A DNA stretch of 64,000 nucleotides, from NCBI GenBank assembly GCA_963829525.1, contig CAWHIJ010000003.1, forward strand, positions 1,856,001-1,920,000, in the 5' to 3' direction. Both the position numbers and the translations under genes were made by a program. How positions within the stretch are numbered: position 1 is the stretch's first letter; the number at the start of each line of letters is the position of its first letter. The notes below the pieces were generated by a model. The model was not told the origin of the DNA. It ran no database searches and saw nothing but the letters and a program-made list of their open reading frames with translations. This document shows, piece after piece, positions 44,511 through 55,136 of the stretch. Origin of the DNA: an uncultured Actinomycetota bacterium (lineage in GTDB: Bacteria; Actinomycetota; Actinomycetes; JAHEKZ01).

Positions 44511-45584
44511 TCAGCCGACGACCAGCAGGTCGCGAGTTGTCGTGGTGAGGGTCTCGACGCTGTCGGCATGGACGACGACGGTGTCCTCGATCCGCACCCC
44601 ACCACGACCGGGGAGGTAGATCCCCGGTTCGATGGTGACCGGCACGGACGAGAGAAGGTTATCGGGGGACGTGGCGCTCAGGAACGGCGCCTCATGGATC
44701 TGCAACCCCACTCCGTGGCCGAGACCATGGCCAAAGCACTCACCAAACCCGGCCTCGACGACGACGCTACGTGCGGCAGCATCAACTTCCGACGCTGGCC
44801 GGCCCACCGTCAGGGCATCGACTCCAGCTTGTTGAGCGCGGCCAACAGTCTCGTAGATCTCCAGCTGCCAGAGGTCAGCTGCTGATCCGATAACAACCGT
44901 TCTGGTCATGTCGGCGTGGTAGCCGCCAACCCTTGCACCGAAGTCCATCGTCACCAGTTCCCCCGGCTGCAGCCGTCGGTCGGTCGGTTGGTGATGCGGG
45001 ATCGCCCCGTTCGAGCCTGAAGCAACGATCGTCTCGAAGCCTGGCCCATCCGACCGGTCCCGCAGACCGTCATCGATCCAGCGGGCCACTTCGCGCTCTG
45101 ACACCCCAGCCCGCAGCCGGGGCAGAACTGAGGCAAAAGCTTCATCGCTGGCAGCACACGCGGCCCGAAGCAGATCGAGCTCGACGGCATCCTTGGTCAT
45201 CCGCAGGTGGTCGATGGCCGAGCCCAGCGGCGTCCACTCAAGTTCTGCAGGGAGATCGCGCCAGGCCGAGACCGGGAGCGACAGGTCCTCAAACCCTGCC
45301 GAGACGAACCCGCGCTCGAGGAGACTCCCCGCGAGGTCGCGGCGCCCAATCCGGGTGATGCGGGCTGGAACGTCCGGGCACTCCTGCGCCACCTGTAGCT
45401 CGTACCGGCTGTCGGTGGCCAACTCGGCGTCTCCGTCGGCCCTGACCAACAGCGCAGCAGCCGAACCGGTGAAGCCCGTGAGGTAGCGGATGTTGAGCAA
45501 CGAGGTGACGAGGGCTGAACCAACGCCCATTGACCCCAAGACTTCAGCCAGGCGCTGACGTCGACGTTCCTGCACTGCTGCCAT
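44511..45584 (-). CDS. pepQ: Xaa-Pro aminopeptidase (M24)
   Basis: [50 protein letters not shown]. Confidence 0.9.
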   Translation of the reverse strand: MAAVQERRRQRLAEVLGSMGVGSALVTSLLNIRYLTGFTGSAAALLVRADGDAELATDSRYELQVAQECPDVPARITRIGRRDLAGSLLERGFVSAGFEDLSLPVSAWRDLPAELEWTPLGSAIDHLRMTKDAVELDLLRAACAASDEAFASVLPRLRAGVSEREVARWIDDGLRDRSDGPGFETIVASGSNGAIPHHQPTDRRLQPGELVTMDFGARVGGYHADMTRTVVIGSAADLWQLEIYETVGRAQQAGVDALTVGRPASEVDAAARSVVVEAGFGECFGHGLGHGVGLQIHEAPFLSATSPDNLLSSVPVTIEPGIYLPGRGGVRIEDTVVVHADSVETLTTTTRDLLVVG

Positions 45585-45625
45585 GAGGATCCTCGCAGTC
45601 GATGGGCCGGGGCTTCTGCGGAAGG

Positions 45626-46072
45626 TCAGGAAGGTTCGTGGGCAATCGCCTGCAGCGCCAGCAGGTAGGACGCGAGCCCGAAACCAGCGACGGTCCCGCT
45701 CGCAACTTCGGCGACAACCGAGTGACTTCGAAAGCTCTCCCTAGCCGCAGGGTTGGTGAGGTGCACCTCGATCAAGGGTGCCGTGCGCATCGCCGCTGCA
45801 TCCCGCAGCGCGTAGGAGTAGTGCGTGAACGCGGCCGGGTTGAGGACAACCGGTATCGACTCGGTTGCCGCCTCGTGCAGCCAGGCCACCAGCTCGGCCT
45901 CGTCGTCAGTTTGACGGGCCTCGACGTTCAAGCCCAATGACTCCCCCGCCTCCCGGCAGGCCCGTTCGATATCAGCCATGGTGGTACTGCCGTACACGTC
46001 CGGTTCGCGTGCGCCGAGCATGCCGAGATTGGGCCCGTTGAGCACCAGGACACGTCGGTTCGTCACGATCAC
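45626..46072 (-). CDS. aroQ: Type II 3-dehydroquinate dehydratase
   Basis: [38 protein letters not shown]. Confidence 0.95.
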   Translation of the reverse strand: MIVTNRRVLVLNGPNLGMLGAREPDVYGSTTMADIERACREAGESLGLNVEARQTDDEAELVAWLHEAATESIPVVLNPAAFTHYSYALRDAAAMRTAPLIEVHLTNPAARESFRSHSVVAEVASGTVAGFGLASYLLALQAIAHEPS

Positions 46073-47157
46073 TCCTCACCCGAGACTTCTGCATATGCCG
46101 CGGCAAGCAGCGCCGGGTCCGGGCCCTCGAGGCGACCAGGACGTGCGAGGCCGTCGAGCACCACGAAGCGGAGCCGGCTCCCCCGCGTCTTCTTGTCCAC
46201 CTGCATCGTCTCGTAGAGCCGACCCCACATGTCAGCGCGGTAGCGCGTCGGCAAGCCGAGGCTGGTGAGGATGCTCCGGTGGCGTTCGCAAAGATCAGTG
46301 TCGGTTCGGCCCGCGAGACGTCCCAGCTCAGCGGCGAACACCAGACCCACCGACACTGCCGCACCATGGCGCCACTGATAGCGCTCGTTCTTCTCGATCG
46401 CGTGTCCCAGTGTGTGACCGTAGTTGAGGTACTCCCTGTCGCCGGCCTCGCGCAGATCGCCCGCAACCACTCCGGCCTTCACCGCCACGGACCGGGCCAC
46501 CAGCTCAGCAGTCAGTCCCCCGTCCACATGCGCGGCCGCCGCTGGATCGGCCTCGATGATCTCCAAGATCCCCGGGTCGTGGGTGAACCCGACCTTCACC
46601 ACCTCGGCCAGACCCGCTCGGTAGTCGTTGTCCGGCAGCGTGCTCAAGGCACTGAGGTCGCACAGCACGCCGACCGGAGAGTGAAACGATCCGACGAGGT
46701 TCTTGCCCTCGGAGGTGTTGATCCCGGTCTTGCCACCGATGGCAGCGTCGACCATGCCGAGCATCGTCGTTGGGACGTGGACTACGGCAACTCCGCGCAG
46801 CCACGTCGCGGCAACGAACCCTCCCAGGTCGGTGGTCGCTCCCCCGCCCACGGCGACGATGGCGTCAGTCCTGGTGAACCCAGCCTGGCCAAGGACCGAC
46901 CAACAGAAAGCTGCGACCTCAGCAGTCTTGGCCTCTTCGGCGTCCGGCACCTCGATCAAGATCGCGGTTCTACCCTGGGTTTCGAGGTCGACCCGGATCG
47001 CCTCACCGGTCTCGGCAAGCGCCCGGGGGGTGATCACCGCAACCCGCTCAGCCTCGGCCGGCACCATGCCGCCCAGCTCTCCGAGTAGCTGCGAGCCCAC
47101 AAGCACCGGGTACGGCGCTGGACCACCGACAGTGATCCGGCGCGGCTCGGTGCTCAC
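46069..47157 (-). CDS. aroB: 3-dehydroquinate synthase
   Basis: [48 protein letters not shown]. Confidence 0.96.
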   Translation of the reverse strand: MSTEPRRITVGGPAPYPVLVGSQLLGELGGMVPAEAERVAVITPRALAETGEAIRVDLETQGRTAILIEVPDAEEAKTAEVAAFCWSVLGQAGFTRTDAIVAVGGGATTDLGGFVAATWLRGVAVVHVPTTMLGMVDAAIGGKTGINTSEGKNLVGSFHSPVGVLCDLSALSTLPDNDYRAGLAEVVKVGFTHDPGILEIIEADPAAAAHVDGGLTAELVARSVAVKAGVVAGDLREAGDREYLNYGHTLGHAIEKNERYQWRHGAAVSVGLVFAAELGRLAGRTDTDLCERHRSILTSLGLPTRYRADMWGRLYETMQVDKKTRGSRLRFVVLDGLARPGRLEGPDPALLAAAYAEVSGEE

Positions 47158-47678
47158 TGCTCGATCTCCTCCTTCAAGGCACCCACCACGGCATCGACGA
47201 CCTGCGCGGGAGTCCGTCCATCGGTGGACACCGTAACGGTCGCCACCTGGAGGTAGTAGGGACGACGTTCGTCGGCCAGCTGCTGCCAGCGCCCCCGCAC
47301 ATTGCCGACGAGCAGCGGACGCGAACGGTTCATCTGCAGGCGCTGCATCGCGGCAGCGAGCCCGACATCGAGATGCACCACTTGCTGCCCTGCCAGTGCC
47401 GTCCGGACCTCGTCGCTGAGGACCGCTCCACCGCCCAGAGCCAGGACGCCGCTGTGCTCGGCCAGGCCCCTCGCCACAGCATCGCGCTCCAAGGAACGAA
47501 AATGCTGCTCACCCTGCTGGACGAAGATGTCGGATACAGATGCGCCGGCGAGGATCTCAACGTCACGGTCGGTGTCACGAAACTCGACGCCCCACCGCGC
47601 AGCCAGCTGCTTGCCAACGGTCGACTTGCCCGATCCTGGCGGTCCAACAAGGACGACCCTTGGCCCCTTCCCGCTCAC
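47154..47678 (-). CDS. aroK: Shikimate kinase
   Basis: [32 protein letters not shown]. Confidence 0.94.
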   Translation of the reverse strand: MSGKGPRVVLVGPPGSGKSTVGKQLAARWGVEFRDTDRDVEILAGASVSDIFVQQGEQHFRSLERDAVARGLAEHSGVLALGGGAVLSDEVRTALAGQQVVHLDVGLAAAMQRLQMNRSRPLLVGNVRGRWQQLADERRPYYLQVATVTVSTDGRTPAQVVDAVVGALKEEIEQ

Positions 47679-47685
47679 AACCAGG

Positions 47686-48866
47686 TCACCGGATGCGGAG
47701 CAGGTCGAGGTAGCTTGCAACGTTGCGCGAGGTCTCAACGACGCTGTCACCGCCAAACTTCTCAAGCACCGCGTTTGAGAGGACCAGCGCCACCATCGCC
47801 TCGGCGACAACTGCGGCTGCCGGCACGGCGCAAACATCCGACCTCTGGTTGATCGCCTTCGCCGGCTCACCCGTCGCGACGTCGACGGTGTCAAGGGCGC
47901 GGGGAATGGTGGAGATCGGCTTCATGGCCGCCCTGACTCGAAGCACCTCACCGGTCGTCATGCCCCCTTCTGTACCCCCCGATCGTCCGGTTACGCGGCG
48001 CACACCGTCATCGCCGGGAACGATCTCGTCATGCGCCTGCGATCCGCGGCGCCGAGCGGTGTCAAAGCCGTCCCCAACCTCGACCCCCTTGATCGCCTGG
48101 ATGCCCATGAGACCGGCCGCCAGCTGTGCGTCGATGCGTCGGTCCCAGTGCACGTGACTGCCCAGCCCAGGCGGAAGCCCGTGGACGACGACTTCGACCA
48201 CCCCGCCAAGCGTGTCGCCGGCAAGGCGGGCCGCCTCTATCTCGGCCACCATGGCCGCGCTGGCATCGGGGTCGACACAGCGCACCGGATCGGCGTCGAT
48301 CGCCTCACGCTGCTCAGCGTCGAGGCACCAGACCTTCAGGCAGCTCGGCCGTCCCGATCGCGACGACATGACTGACCACCTCGGCGCCCACCGTCTGACG
48401 CAAGAAGGCCTGAGCAACGGTTCCCAGCGCCACACGCGCAGCGGTCTCACTGGCGCTGGCGCGCTCCAGCACCGGCCGGGCATCGTCGAGGTCGTACTTC
48501 TGCATGCCGACAAGGTCGGCATGGCCGGGCCGCGGACGCGTCAAGGGGGCGTTGCGCGCCTGAGCGGCAAGCACCTCGGGGTCGACCGGGTCGGCGGCCA
48601 TGACCGTCTCCCACTTGGGCCACTCGGAGTTTCCGACCTCGATCGCCACCGGGCCCCCCATGGTGACGCCGTGCCGCACTCCGCCGACGATCCGCACGGC
48701 GTCCTGCTCGAACTTCATCCGGGCGCCGCGGCCGTGTCCCGAGCCGGCGGCGCGCGAGCTGAACGTCAATGTCCCCCGTGGTAATGGCGACGCCTGCGGG
48801 AAAACCTTCCGCAATTGCCATCAGCACTGGACCGTGAGACTCACCGGCGGTCAACCAACGCAACAT
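47686..48866 (-). CDS. aroC: Chorismate synthase, two apparent frameshifts (about 48740 and 48322)
   Basis: [46 protein letters not shown] and [10 protein letters not shown] are spread over three frames. Confidence 0.9.
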
Positions 48867-48913
48867 GGCGCACAGTCTCCCAGACTCATCCGGCTGCCCC
48901 GGCCTGGGGAGCA

Positions 48914-48956
48914 CATGCGTGTGGCCCGCCATCAGTGATGGCGGGCCACACGCATG
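48914..48956. terminator. 43-bp palindrome between the pilus operon and aroC
   Basis: CATGCGTGTGGCCCGCCATCA-G-TGATGGCGGGCCACACGCATG, 21-bp perfect arms. Confidence 0.75.
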
Positions 48957-48973
48957 AACGTCGTTGTTCGTGG

Positions 48974-49719
48974 CTACAGCTTGAAGACCACCGTGTCCTT
49001 GGCCACCAGCTCGACTGGCGCATCCGAGCCGAAGACCACCGTGGCGGTGTCCTTGCCCGAGGGCAGCTCACCGACCCGAGTCAGCTTGAAGGGACCGGTC
49101 TTGCTGTTGGTGAACATGTCCTTGACTGTCGACCACGTAGCGCTTGCCGTTGACCTCGATGACCGCTGAGTCCTTGGCCGCGATCGACCGAGAGGAGGGT
49201 GACCTTGTACGACGTCACCGGATCTGCGGTGGGCGTTGGTGACGGCGACGGTGCAATGGAGACCGTCGGGGCAGGGTTCGGGACGGTCCCCGTCCCGGTG
49301 CCGGTGCCGGTGGTAGTACCCGTCCCAGTGGTGGTACCGCTAGTGGTGTCTGTGGCGGGGACATCGGTCGGCGCCGGCTCGGCAGCGACAATGACCTCTT
49401 CGGCCGGTAGTGGCGCGAAGGGGTTCCGGCCGACTGCGAAGTCATCCTTGACCGAAGCAGGCACGGTCTCGGTCTTGTCCTTGGTGGCCCCGCCCTTGGC
49501 GGAGCCATTATCCGTCGCGGTCGGAGCCGGGGCCCCGCTGATGATCCCAAGTTCCTCGTCCTCTGAGCTGCCGGAAAGAAACAGGAAGTAGACACCGAGA
49601 CCGACCACGAGCAGGGCAGCGAGCCCACCGACCACAAAGAGAATGCGCTTCTGCCCCCCCGAACCTCCGGAGGAATCCTCGAGCCCCTCGAGGGGCTCGC
49701 TGGCAAGAGTGTGTGACAT
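48974..49719 (-). CDS. Bitopic membrane protein following pilO (frameshifted near 49125-49190)
   Basis: GAGGAG RBS; TM helix, GRNPFAPL motif, T/G/P-rich linker. A beta-rich C-terminus ([23 protein letters not shown]) is reachable only through frame changes. Confidence 0.7.
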
Positions 49720-49731
49720 GGCGGGCTCCTC

Positions 49732-50391
49732 TTACGGTGCGGGCTCGGTGGACGGGGCTGTCGTGGTGCCTGGTGCAGGAACGACAGCTTCAGCGGCAGC
49801 AGGGACCAAGTAGATCCTGGCGTTCAGCGTGGCGGTCAGTTCCGGGTCTGCACCAGGTTCGGCGTCTGAGGTCTCGTCCGTCATCGCGAGCCCACCCACC
49901 AGGGTGTAGCGCTCGGTAGTCTCGAGCTCGTTGACGAACTTCTCGATTTCGAAGTAGGTACCGGTGACGACGATGTCCACGTTGACTGCCGCTAGCTCGT
50001 CAGGCGGAAGTGCGGCACCGGCAGCTACCTGGACCCCGCTCAATGACACCGGAGTGGCTGGAGTGAGCGAAGAAAGGCCGACGCCGGTTGCTCTGCCGAT
50101 GTCCTGCAGCTGACGGATGTAGGAAGGCAGCTCAGGCTCTCGAGGAATCTGCGTGCGTAGCGCGGCTAGCTCAGCCTGCTTCTCGGGAAGATCCTTGTTC
50201 TGCTGCTTGAGCATGTCGCGCTCCATGGCCAGCGCGCTGTTGTCATCCTGCTGAGCTGCAGTCTGGGTCTCCAGATCGGCCACCTCAGCACGCTTCGGCG
50301 AGATGAGCAGGAACCAACCGGCCACCAGGATCAGCACTGCCACCAGGGCTGCGCCGACTGTCCACTTACGTGTTTCGGTCATCTCACTCAC
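49732..50391 (-). CDS. pilO: Type IV pilus assembly protein PilO
   Basis: N-terminal TM AGWFLLISPK, coiled coil, IPREPELPSYIRQL, VTGTYFEIEKFVNELE; follows pilM-pilN. Confidence 0.85.
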   Translation of the reverse strand: MSEMTETRKWTVGAALVAVLILVAGWFLLISPKRAEVADLETQTAAQQDDNSALAMERDMLKQQNKDLPEKQAELAALRTQIPREPELPSYIRQLQDIGRATGVGLSSLTPATPVSLSGVQVAAGAALPPDELAAVNVDIVVTGTYFEIEKFVNELETTERYTLVGGLAMTDETSDAEPGADPELTATLNARIYLVPAAAEAVVPAPGTTTAPSTEPAP

Positions 50392-51082
50392 CTGTCGCGA
50401 TCTCGAGGTAACGGTCCGAGGCCGCTTCCTGACTCAGCTGGGTCGTCGACTCGACGTCGTAGAACTTGCCGACGGTGTCGGCCTCCTCCGAAGCGACCGC
50501 CGACGTCACTGTCGGCTCAATGAAGCCCTCTTGCCTGGCCAGTGTCTGCAACCAGGAAGCGATTGCGTCGAAGTTGTTGGACTTCCCGGTGAAGGTGATC
50601 GAGCCCATCGTCGGCACGCCGAGCGGAGTAGTAGGAACGGTAAGAGCCGTTACGCCGGTCGGGTCCAGTTGGGCGGCGGCAGCGTTGTTGACTGCCGTCA
50701 GGGTGGAAAGTCGCGTCGACTTCGGGATCGTCAGGCTGAGGTCGTTGAGGTAGAACGACCAGCGCACCTCGGGCGTCATGGCGGTGACCAGATCGTCCTG
50801 TGCAGCCTGCACTTCGGCAAGCACGAGGGGCACCTCTGCGTAGCTGGCGACCTCCGCCTGAAGGTCGCTTCCTTCAGCCTGAGCTGCCGACAGGTCCTCC
50901 TCGGCTCCTCCCACCTGGCCACTTGCCAGGAGGAAGATCATCACGACGAGTGCCATGACCGCGAGCACCATGAGCCCAAGCATGACCTGCAGCTTCTTGA
51001 GCTTGGCCGCTGCCGCAATCTCCGGCGGAAGCAGGTTGACCCGCGGCATCTGTGCCAGCCGGGTCGGCGTCAGTGTGGTCAT
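50384..51082 (-). CDS. pilN: Type IV pilus assembly protein PilN
   Basis: PRVNLLPPE PilM-binding motif, TM helix, coiled coil, RWSFYL, ITFTG. Confidence 0.88.
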   Translation of the reverse strand: MTTLTPTRLAQMPRVNLLPPEIAAAAKLKKLQVMLGLMVLAVMALVVMIFLLASGQVGGAEEDLSAAQAEGSDLQAEVASYAEVPLVLAEVQAAQDDLVTAMTPEVRWSFYLNDLSLTIPKSTRLSTLTAVNNAAAAQLDPTGVTALTVPTTPLGVPTMGSITFTGKSNNFDAIASWLQTLARQEGFIEPTVTSAVASEEADTVGKFYDVESTTQLSQEAASDRYLEIATGE

Positions 51083-52143
51083 GATGCGCCTCCGAGTGCG
51101 AGGCCAACGGGCACGGCAGCCAGCGGCTCGACGAACTCCATCTGTTCTGGACTCAGCCCGGTCTTGCCGATCACCAGCTCACCGAACGCCGATCCGCGCT
51201 CTACCTCGACGCGAGTCGAGTTGAAGAGCCGCTCGGACAGGCCGGCGAGGCGAGAGCCTCCACCGGTGACCACGATTCGCTCGATCGGCCTGGCTCCTGG
51301 CGACGCGGTGTAGTAGTCGAGGGAGCCACGCACCTGGTCGATGAACGCCTGGCCAGCGGCCTCCATGACCCGACCGGCCGCCTGTGCCTTTGGGTCCTCG
51401 TTGTTGGTCGACATCCCCATCTCGTGCTTGAGCGCCTCGGCCTCGGTCTGCTCTGACCCGGTGCGCTCGGCCAGTGCGTCAGTGACGTCGGCACCGCCCA
51501 TGAGCAGGATGCGGACAAAGCGCGGAGCGCCGCCCTCGTGGACCACGATGTTGGTGACGCGGGCTCCGACGTCGATAAGGGCCTCCATGGTGCTGCCCAT
51601 GCCGAGGTCGTCGCTGTCAGCGAGCGAGCGGAGCACCGCGAAGGCGGTGAGGTCGACCATCACGGGTTGCAGTCCAGCGTCAGTCACCGCCTGAAGTTGG
51701 GCCTCCACCATGTCCCGCTGCGCCGCAACGAGCAGCCCGCGGTAGGTGCGGGTACCGTCCTCGGTGGTCAGTTCTTCAAGCGGGTAGTAGTCCAGCAGCG
51801 CCTGGTCGACGGACATCGGGATGGTGTCCTGCACAACGAAGGGCAACGACTCCTTCAGTTCGTCGAGAGGCTGCCAGGGAAGGTCGACCTGACGAACGAT
51901 GACCTTCTGGTTCGCGACGCCAACGATCACGTTCTTGCTGCTGAACTTGGTGTGTGCCCAGAGTTGCTTGATCGCCTCGGCCACTGCGCGTGGCTGAACC
52001 ACCTCGCCGTCACGGACGGCCCCCTCAGGGAGGGCCACTTGACCGAACTTCTCGAGGGTGATGCCTGACTTGCCGAACGTGAGCTCGGCTGCTCGAACAC
52101 CGGACGTGCCGATGTCCAGGCCGATGGCTGTGCGTGCTGCCAC
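51079..52143 (-). CDS. pilM: Type IV pilus assembly protein PilM
   Basis: Actin-like motifs IGLDIGTSGVRA, GAVRDGEV, IDVGARVT, SLDYY, VTGGGSRLAGL. Confidence 0.93.
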   Translation of the reverse strand: MAARTAIGLDIGTSGVRAAELTFGKSGITLEKFGQVALPEGAVRDGEVVQPRAVAEAIKQLWAHTKFSSKNVIVGVANQKVIVRQVDLPWQPLDELKESLPFVVQDTIPMSVDQALLDYYPLEELTTEDGTRTYRGLLVAAQRDMVEAQLQAVTDAGLQPVMVDLTAFAVLRSLADSDDLGMGSTMEALIDVGARVTNIVVHEGGAPRFVRILLMGGADVTDALAERTGSEQTEAEALKHEMGMSTNNEDPKAQAAGRVMEAAGQAFIDQVRGSLDYYTASPGARPIERIVVTGGGSRLAGLSERLFNSTRVEVERGSAFGELVIGKTGLSPEQMEFVEPLAAVPVGLALGGAS

Positions 52144-52213
52144 GTCTCTCCCCTTCACACCGGCGGCCGCGTTCGGCCAGGTGGGTGAGTCCTTTCGGAC
52201 TATGTCAGCGGGA

Positions 52214-52241
52214 TGATCGGCGCATCGGGGGCCGCCCTTGA
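52214..52241 (-). promoter_or_regulatory. Sigma28 (WhiG/FliA-type) promoter of the pilMNO operon
   Basis: Minus strand reads (C)TCAA-N16-GCCGATCA. Confidence 0.78.
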
Positions 52242-52299
52242 GTGCTAACTCAGAATTGCTCTACGTCGACTACCGAATCCTGGCCGGCCCGTGGGCCGA

Positions 52300-53079
52300 T
52301 CAGGTGAGGGTGTCGAGGTACGTGTCCCACAGCTGGCCACCCCAGAGGATGGCCAGCAACGCACCGAGCAGCATGAAGGGGCCGAAAGGGATCTTGCTCT
52401 TGCGCCCGGCCTTGCGCACCAGCATCAGTGCGCCACCGATCAGGGCTCCCAGAAGGAATCCCAGGAATCCGCCGACGACGAGCACCCCCCAACCCAGCCA
52501 GCCAAGGGCAAGGCCGAGGACGCCGGCAAGCTTGACGTCACCGAAACCCATCCCGGACGGGTAGATGACCGCGAGCAGGAAGTAGAAGCCGAAGAGCGCA
52601 AGGGCCGCCAGCCAGGCCCGCAGATAGGCCGACCAGTCGCCGTCGATCGCGGCTGGCAGCAGGAAGAGCAGGCCCAGCACGACGTAGCTCGGCAGAGTAA
52701 GGACGTTGGGGAGTCTCTTGGTGTCCAGGTCGATGACGGCCAGTGCAAGACCCACGGAGGCCAGGTAGAGGTAGGGCGGCAGCTCCCAGCTCCAACCGAA
52801 GTGCCAGAGCACGACCAACCAGAGCGCTGCGTGGCCGAGCTCGACGAGCGGGTAGCGCACACTGATTGGCTCGCTGCAGTGCCGGCATCGCGCCCGCAGG
52901 AGCAGCCAGGAGACCACCGGGATGTTGTCGCGGGAGGCGATCTCGGTGCCGCATCGTGGGCACCGAGACCGCGGGGACACCACGGACTCGCCCTCGGGCA
53001 CTCGCGCAATGACGACATTCAGAAATGAACCAATGAGCAGCCCGACGATCCCGAGCAGGACAGCGAAGTAGGTCTCCAC
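52300..53079 (-). CDS. pilD: Prepilin peptidase
   Basis: GSFLNVVIARVP, PRSRCPRC, RCRHC, YPLVEL, GMGFGDVKL, IPFGPFM. Confidence 0.95.
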   Translation of the reverse strand: METYFAVLLGIVGLLIGSFLNVVIARVPEGESVVSPRSRCPRCGTEIASRDNIPVVSWLLLRARCRHCSEPISVRYPLVELGHAALWLVVLWHFGWSWELPPYLYLASVGLALAVIDLDTKRLPNVLTLPSYVVLGLLFLLPAAIDGDWSAYLRAWLAALALFGFYFLLAVIYPSGMGFGDVKLAGVLGLALGWLGWGVLVVGGFLGFLLGALIGGALMLVRKAGRKSKIPFGPFMLLGALLAILWGGQLWDTYLDTLT

Positions 53080-53129
53080 GAAGACGATCTAAGCCCGGTC
53101 GAACCCGAGAGACGGTGCGCGACGCGCCG

Positions 53130-54534
53130 TCAGCCGGTGTACTCCAGCCACAGCGTCGTGTTGACCACGCTGTAGACCGGCGCCTCGACCGACTGGTCGT
53201 AGGTGATCGTCATCCCCTGAACACTGTTGCTGCCGGCAGCAGCACAGGTGTTGTTGGCGATCAGCGCACCCTTCACCGTGGCGCTCGACGTCTGCAGGTC
53301 GATCTTGTCTCCGGCCATCATCAGGCCAGACTGAGCCGTGGAGTTGGCGCTGCCGTTGAGGTTGCCCTGGGCGATGAAGAGAACCCCACGCAGGTAGTTC
53401 TGGATGTCGAAGAGCTTCCAGTCGATGTTGCCGCCGAACTTGTTGCAGGTGGCGGCGTTGGTGTAGCCGGTGGGGGTCGTCGACTCGGCGAGCACAGTCA
53501 CCGTCTGGACGACCTGGCGAGTTGCCGTTCGCACCGATCTGCGCGTTGGCGCCATACACGTAGTAGACGCCCGGGTACGAGGTTCCGGTGTTCTGCAGCG
53601 TCCAGGTACCGGGGGTGGTGGCGTTGCCGGCTGTCCAGTACCAGCTGCGGTAGGGCGATGCCGACACCTGCGTACCTGTGCATGGACCACTCGCCGATGG
53701 CAGCTTCACGACGCCGGTATCGCAGAGGTCGTACCACTGACCCGTCACGGTGGCGTAGTCGGTGTAGACGGCACGCGGGTTGGCAACTGGAACACGCTCG
53801 GTCCCTTGGCCGGTCTTGCAGCCGCCGACGATTCCGCTACGCGCAAGCGTTGACCGTTCCGACCGCCGTGATGGCTCCCGAGACGTTCAGGCTGTTGTTG
53901 ATGCCGGTCACATTGGCGTTGGTGTGGATGTCGGCCGGCAGCCCGGCAATGGCGTTGATCGCCGACGCTTCCCGAGAAGTCGATGTTGCCGCCGGTGAGC
54001 AGCGCCTTGCCCGGGCGGTACGGCGCAAAGATGTACTCCGCCTTCAGCATCCGCTCCTTGGCGTCCACAGCCGTCCGGGACGGAGACCAACCCATGGAGA
54101 AGACGATCTGACGTCCGGGCACCTTGAAAGCCACGTACTGGCCTTGGCCGTTGCTTCGGGTACAGCTGGCCGGCAGAGCGTTCAGTGCGGCCCTGGCCCA
54201 GGCCTGTTCGGTCGCCGCGTGTGGCGAAGACCGAGGCTGCCGGCGTCGCGGGCCGGCAGGTGCTGGATGACTCGTAGGCGACGCTCGGCACCTGGTTGCG
54301 AGCTGACTGGATATTGCTCAGTTCACGGTCGATCCCCGCCTCGGATGCCGCCAACGACTGCTCGAACTTGACGTGGTCACTGCTGCTGCCGAGCGACCGG
54401 ATCGCGGTGGCGGTGATCACTGCGAGCAGGATCGCCATCATGGCGCTGATCCCGATGACCAAGATTAGGCCGATTCCCTCGTCTTGGTTGACCAGGTTGG
54501 AGAGAGTACGGGCGCGCCGATTGCTGGTGGTCAT
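53130..54534 (-). CDS. Large PilX/GspK-like minor pilin with a beta-rich C-terminal domain; about 5 apparent frameshifts
   Basis: Class III signal DEG|IGLILVIGI lacking Glu5, and SLAASEAGI (PilX N-terminal pattern). Coding-like segments continue over several frames to ...TLWLEYTG*. Confidence 0.7.
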
Positions 54535-54535
54535 G

Positions 54536-55135
54536 TCAGCCCACATTCCTGATGCGTTCGGTGAAGGTTGTAGTCCGGGACGCGGAGCCGGTATTCAGCA
54601 ACGCGTCGTAGGTCAAGGTGACCTTGACGAGCTTGGTGGCTGCTGCATTCGCCGCCGAGAGCGGCACCGGCAAGCACTGGGCATCGATGTCCGCAGATGC
54701 CAAGTAGCAGAACGCAAGTTGGTTGACCAAGGTTCGTGCCTGCGTCTGCACCTGACCGCCAGCCGTCGACCGGAGCGTGTTGTACTGCACCCCTGATCCG
54801 TTGTCGACCACGGCCCAGGTGATGATCTCGTCGGCCTGCGCGGTCGCGCTCCGGATGTAGTCGGAGTTGTAGTCGATCCAGAGCACCAAGTTGCTCTCGG
54901 TCGCGCCGGCGTCAACACCACGCGAACCGCGAATGTCACGGCCTAGCCGTTCGACGACGACCCGGGTGTCAGACAGACCGGTGGCCTCGTCCTCGGCGAT
55001 CCGCACCTGCTTGTTGCTCATCATGACGGCCACCGACACGATGGCCCCAAGGATGCTGACCAATACCATCGCAACCAACAGCTCGACCAGGGTCATCCCC
55101 TCGTCACTGCGCAGGCGCGTTCTGAATGGATGCAC
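54536..55135 (-). CDS. Minor pilin (PilW/PulJ-like)
   Basis: SDEG|MTLVELLVAM prepilin motif; RLGRDIR; C-terminal IRN. Confidence 0.85.
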   Translation of the reverse strand: MHPFRTRLRSDEGMTLVELLVAMVLVSILGAIVSVAVMMSNKQVRIAEDEATGLSDTRVVVERLGRDIRGSRGVDAGATESNLVLWIDYNSDYIRSATAQADEIITWAVVDNGSGVQYNTLRSTAGGQVQTQARTLVNQLAFCYLASADIDAQCLPVPLSAANAAATKLVKVTLTYDALLNTGSASRTTTFTERIRNVG

Positions 55136-55136
55136 G

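Noticed and set aside
49290-49350. GT/TTG-encoding low-complexity repeat in the post-pilO gene
   Set aside because: An ordinary Thr/Gly linker, not a separate element.
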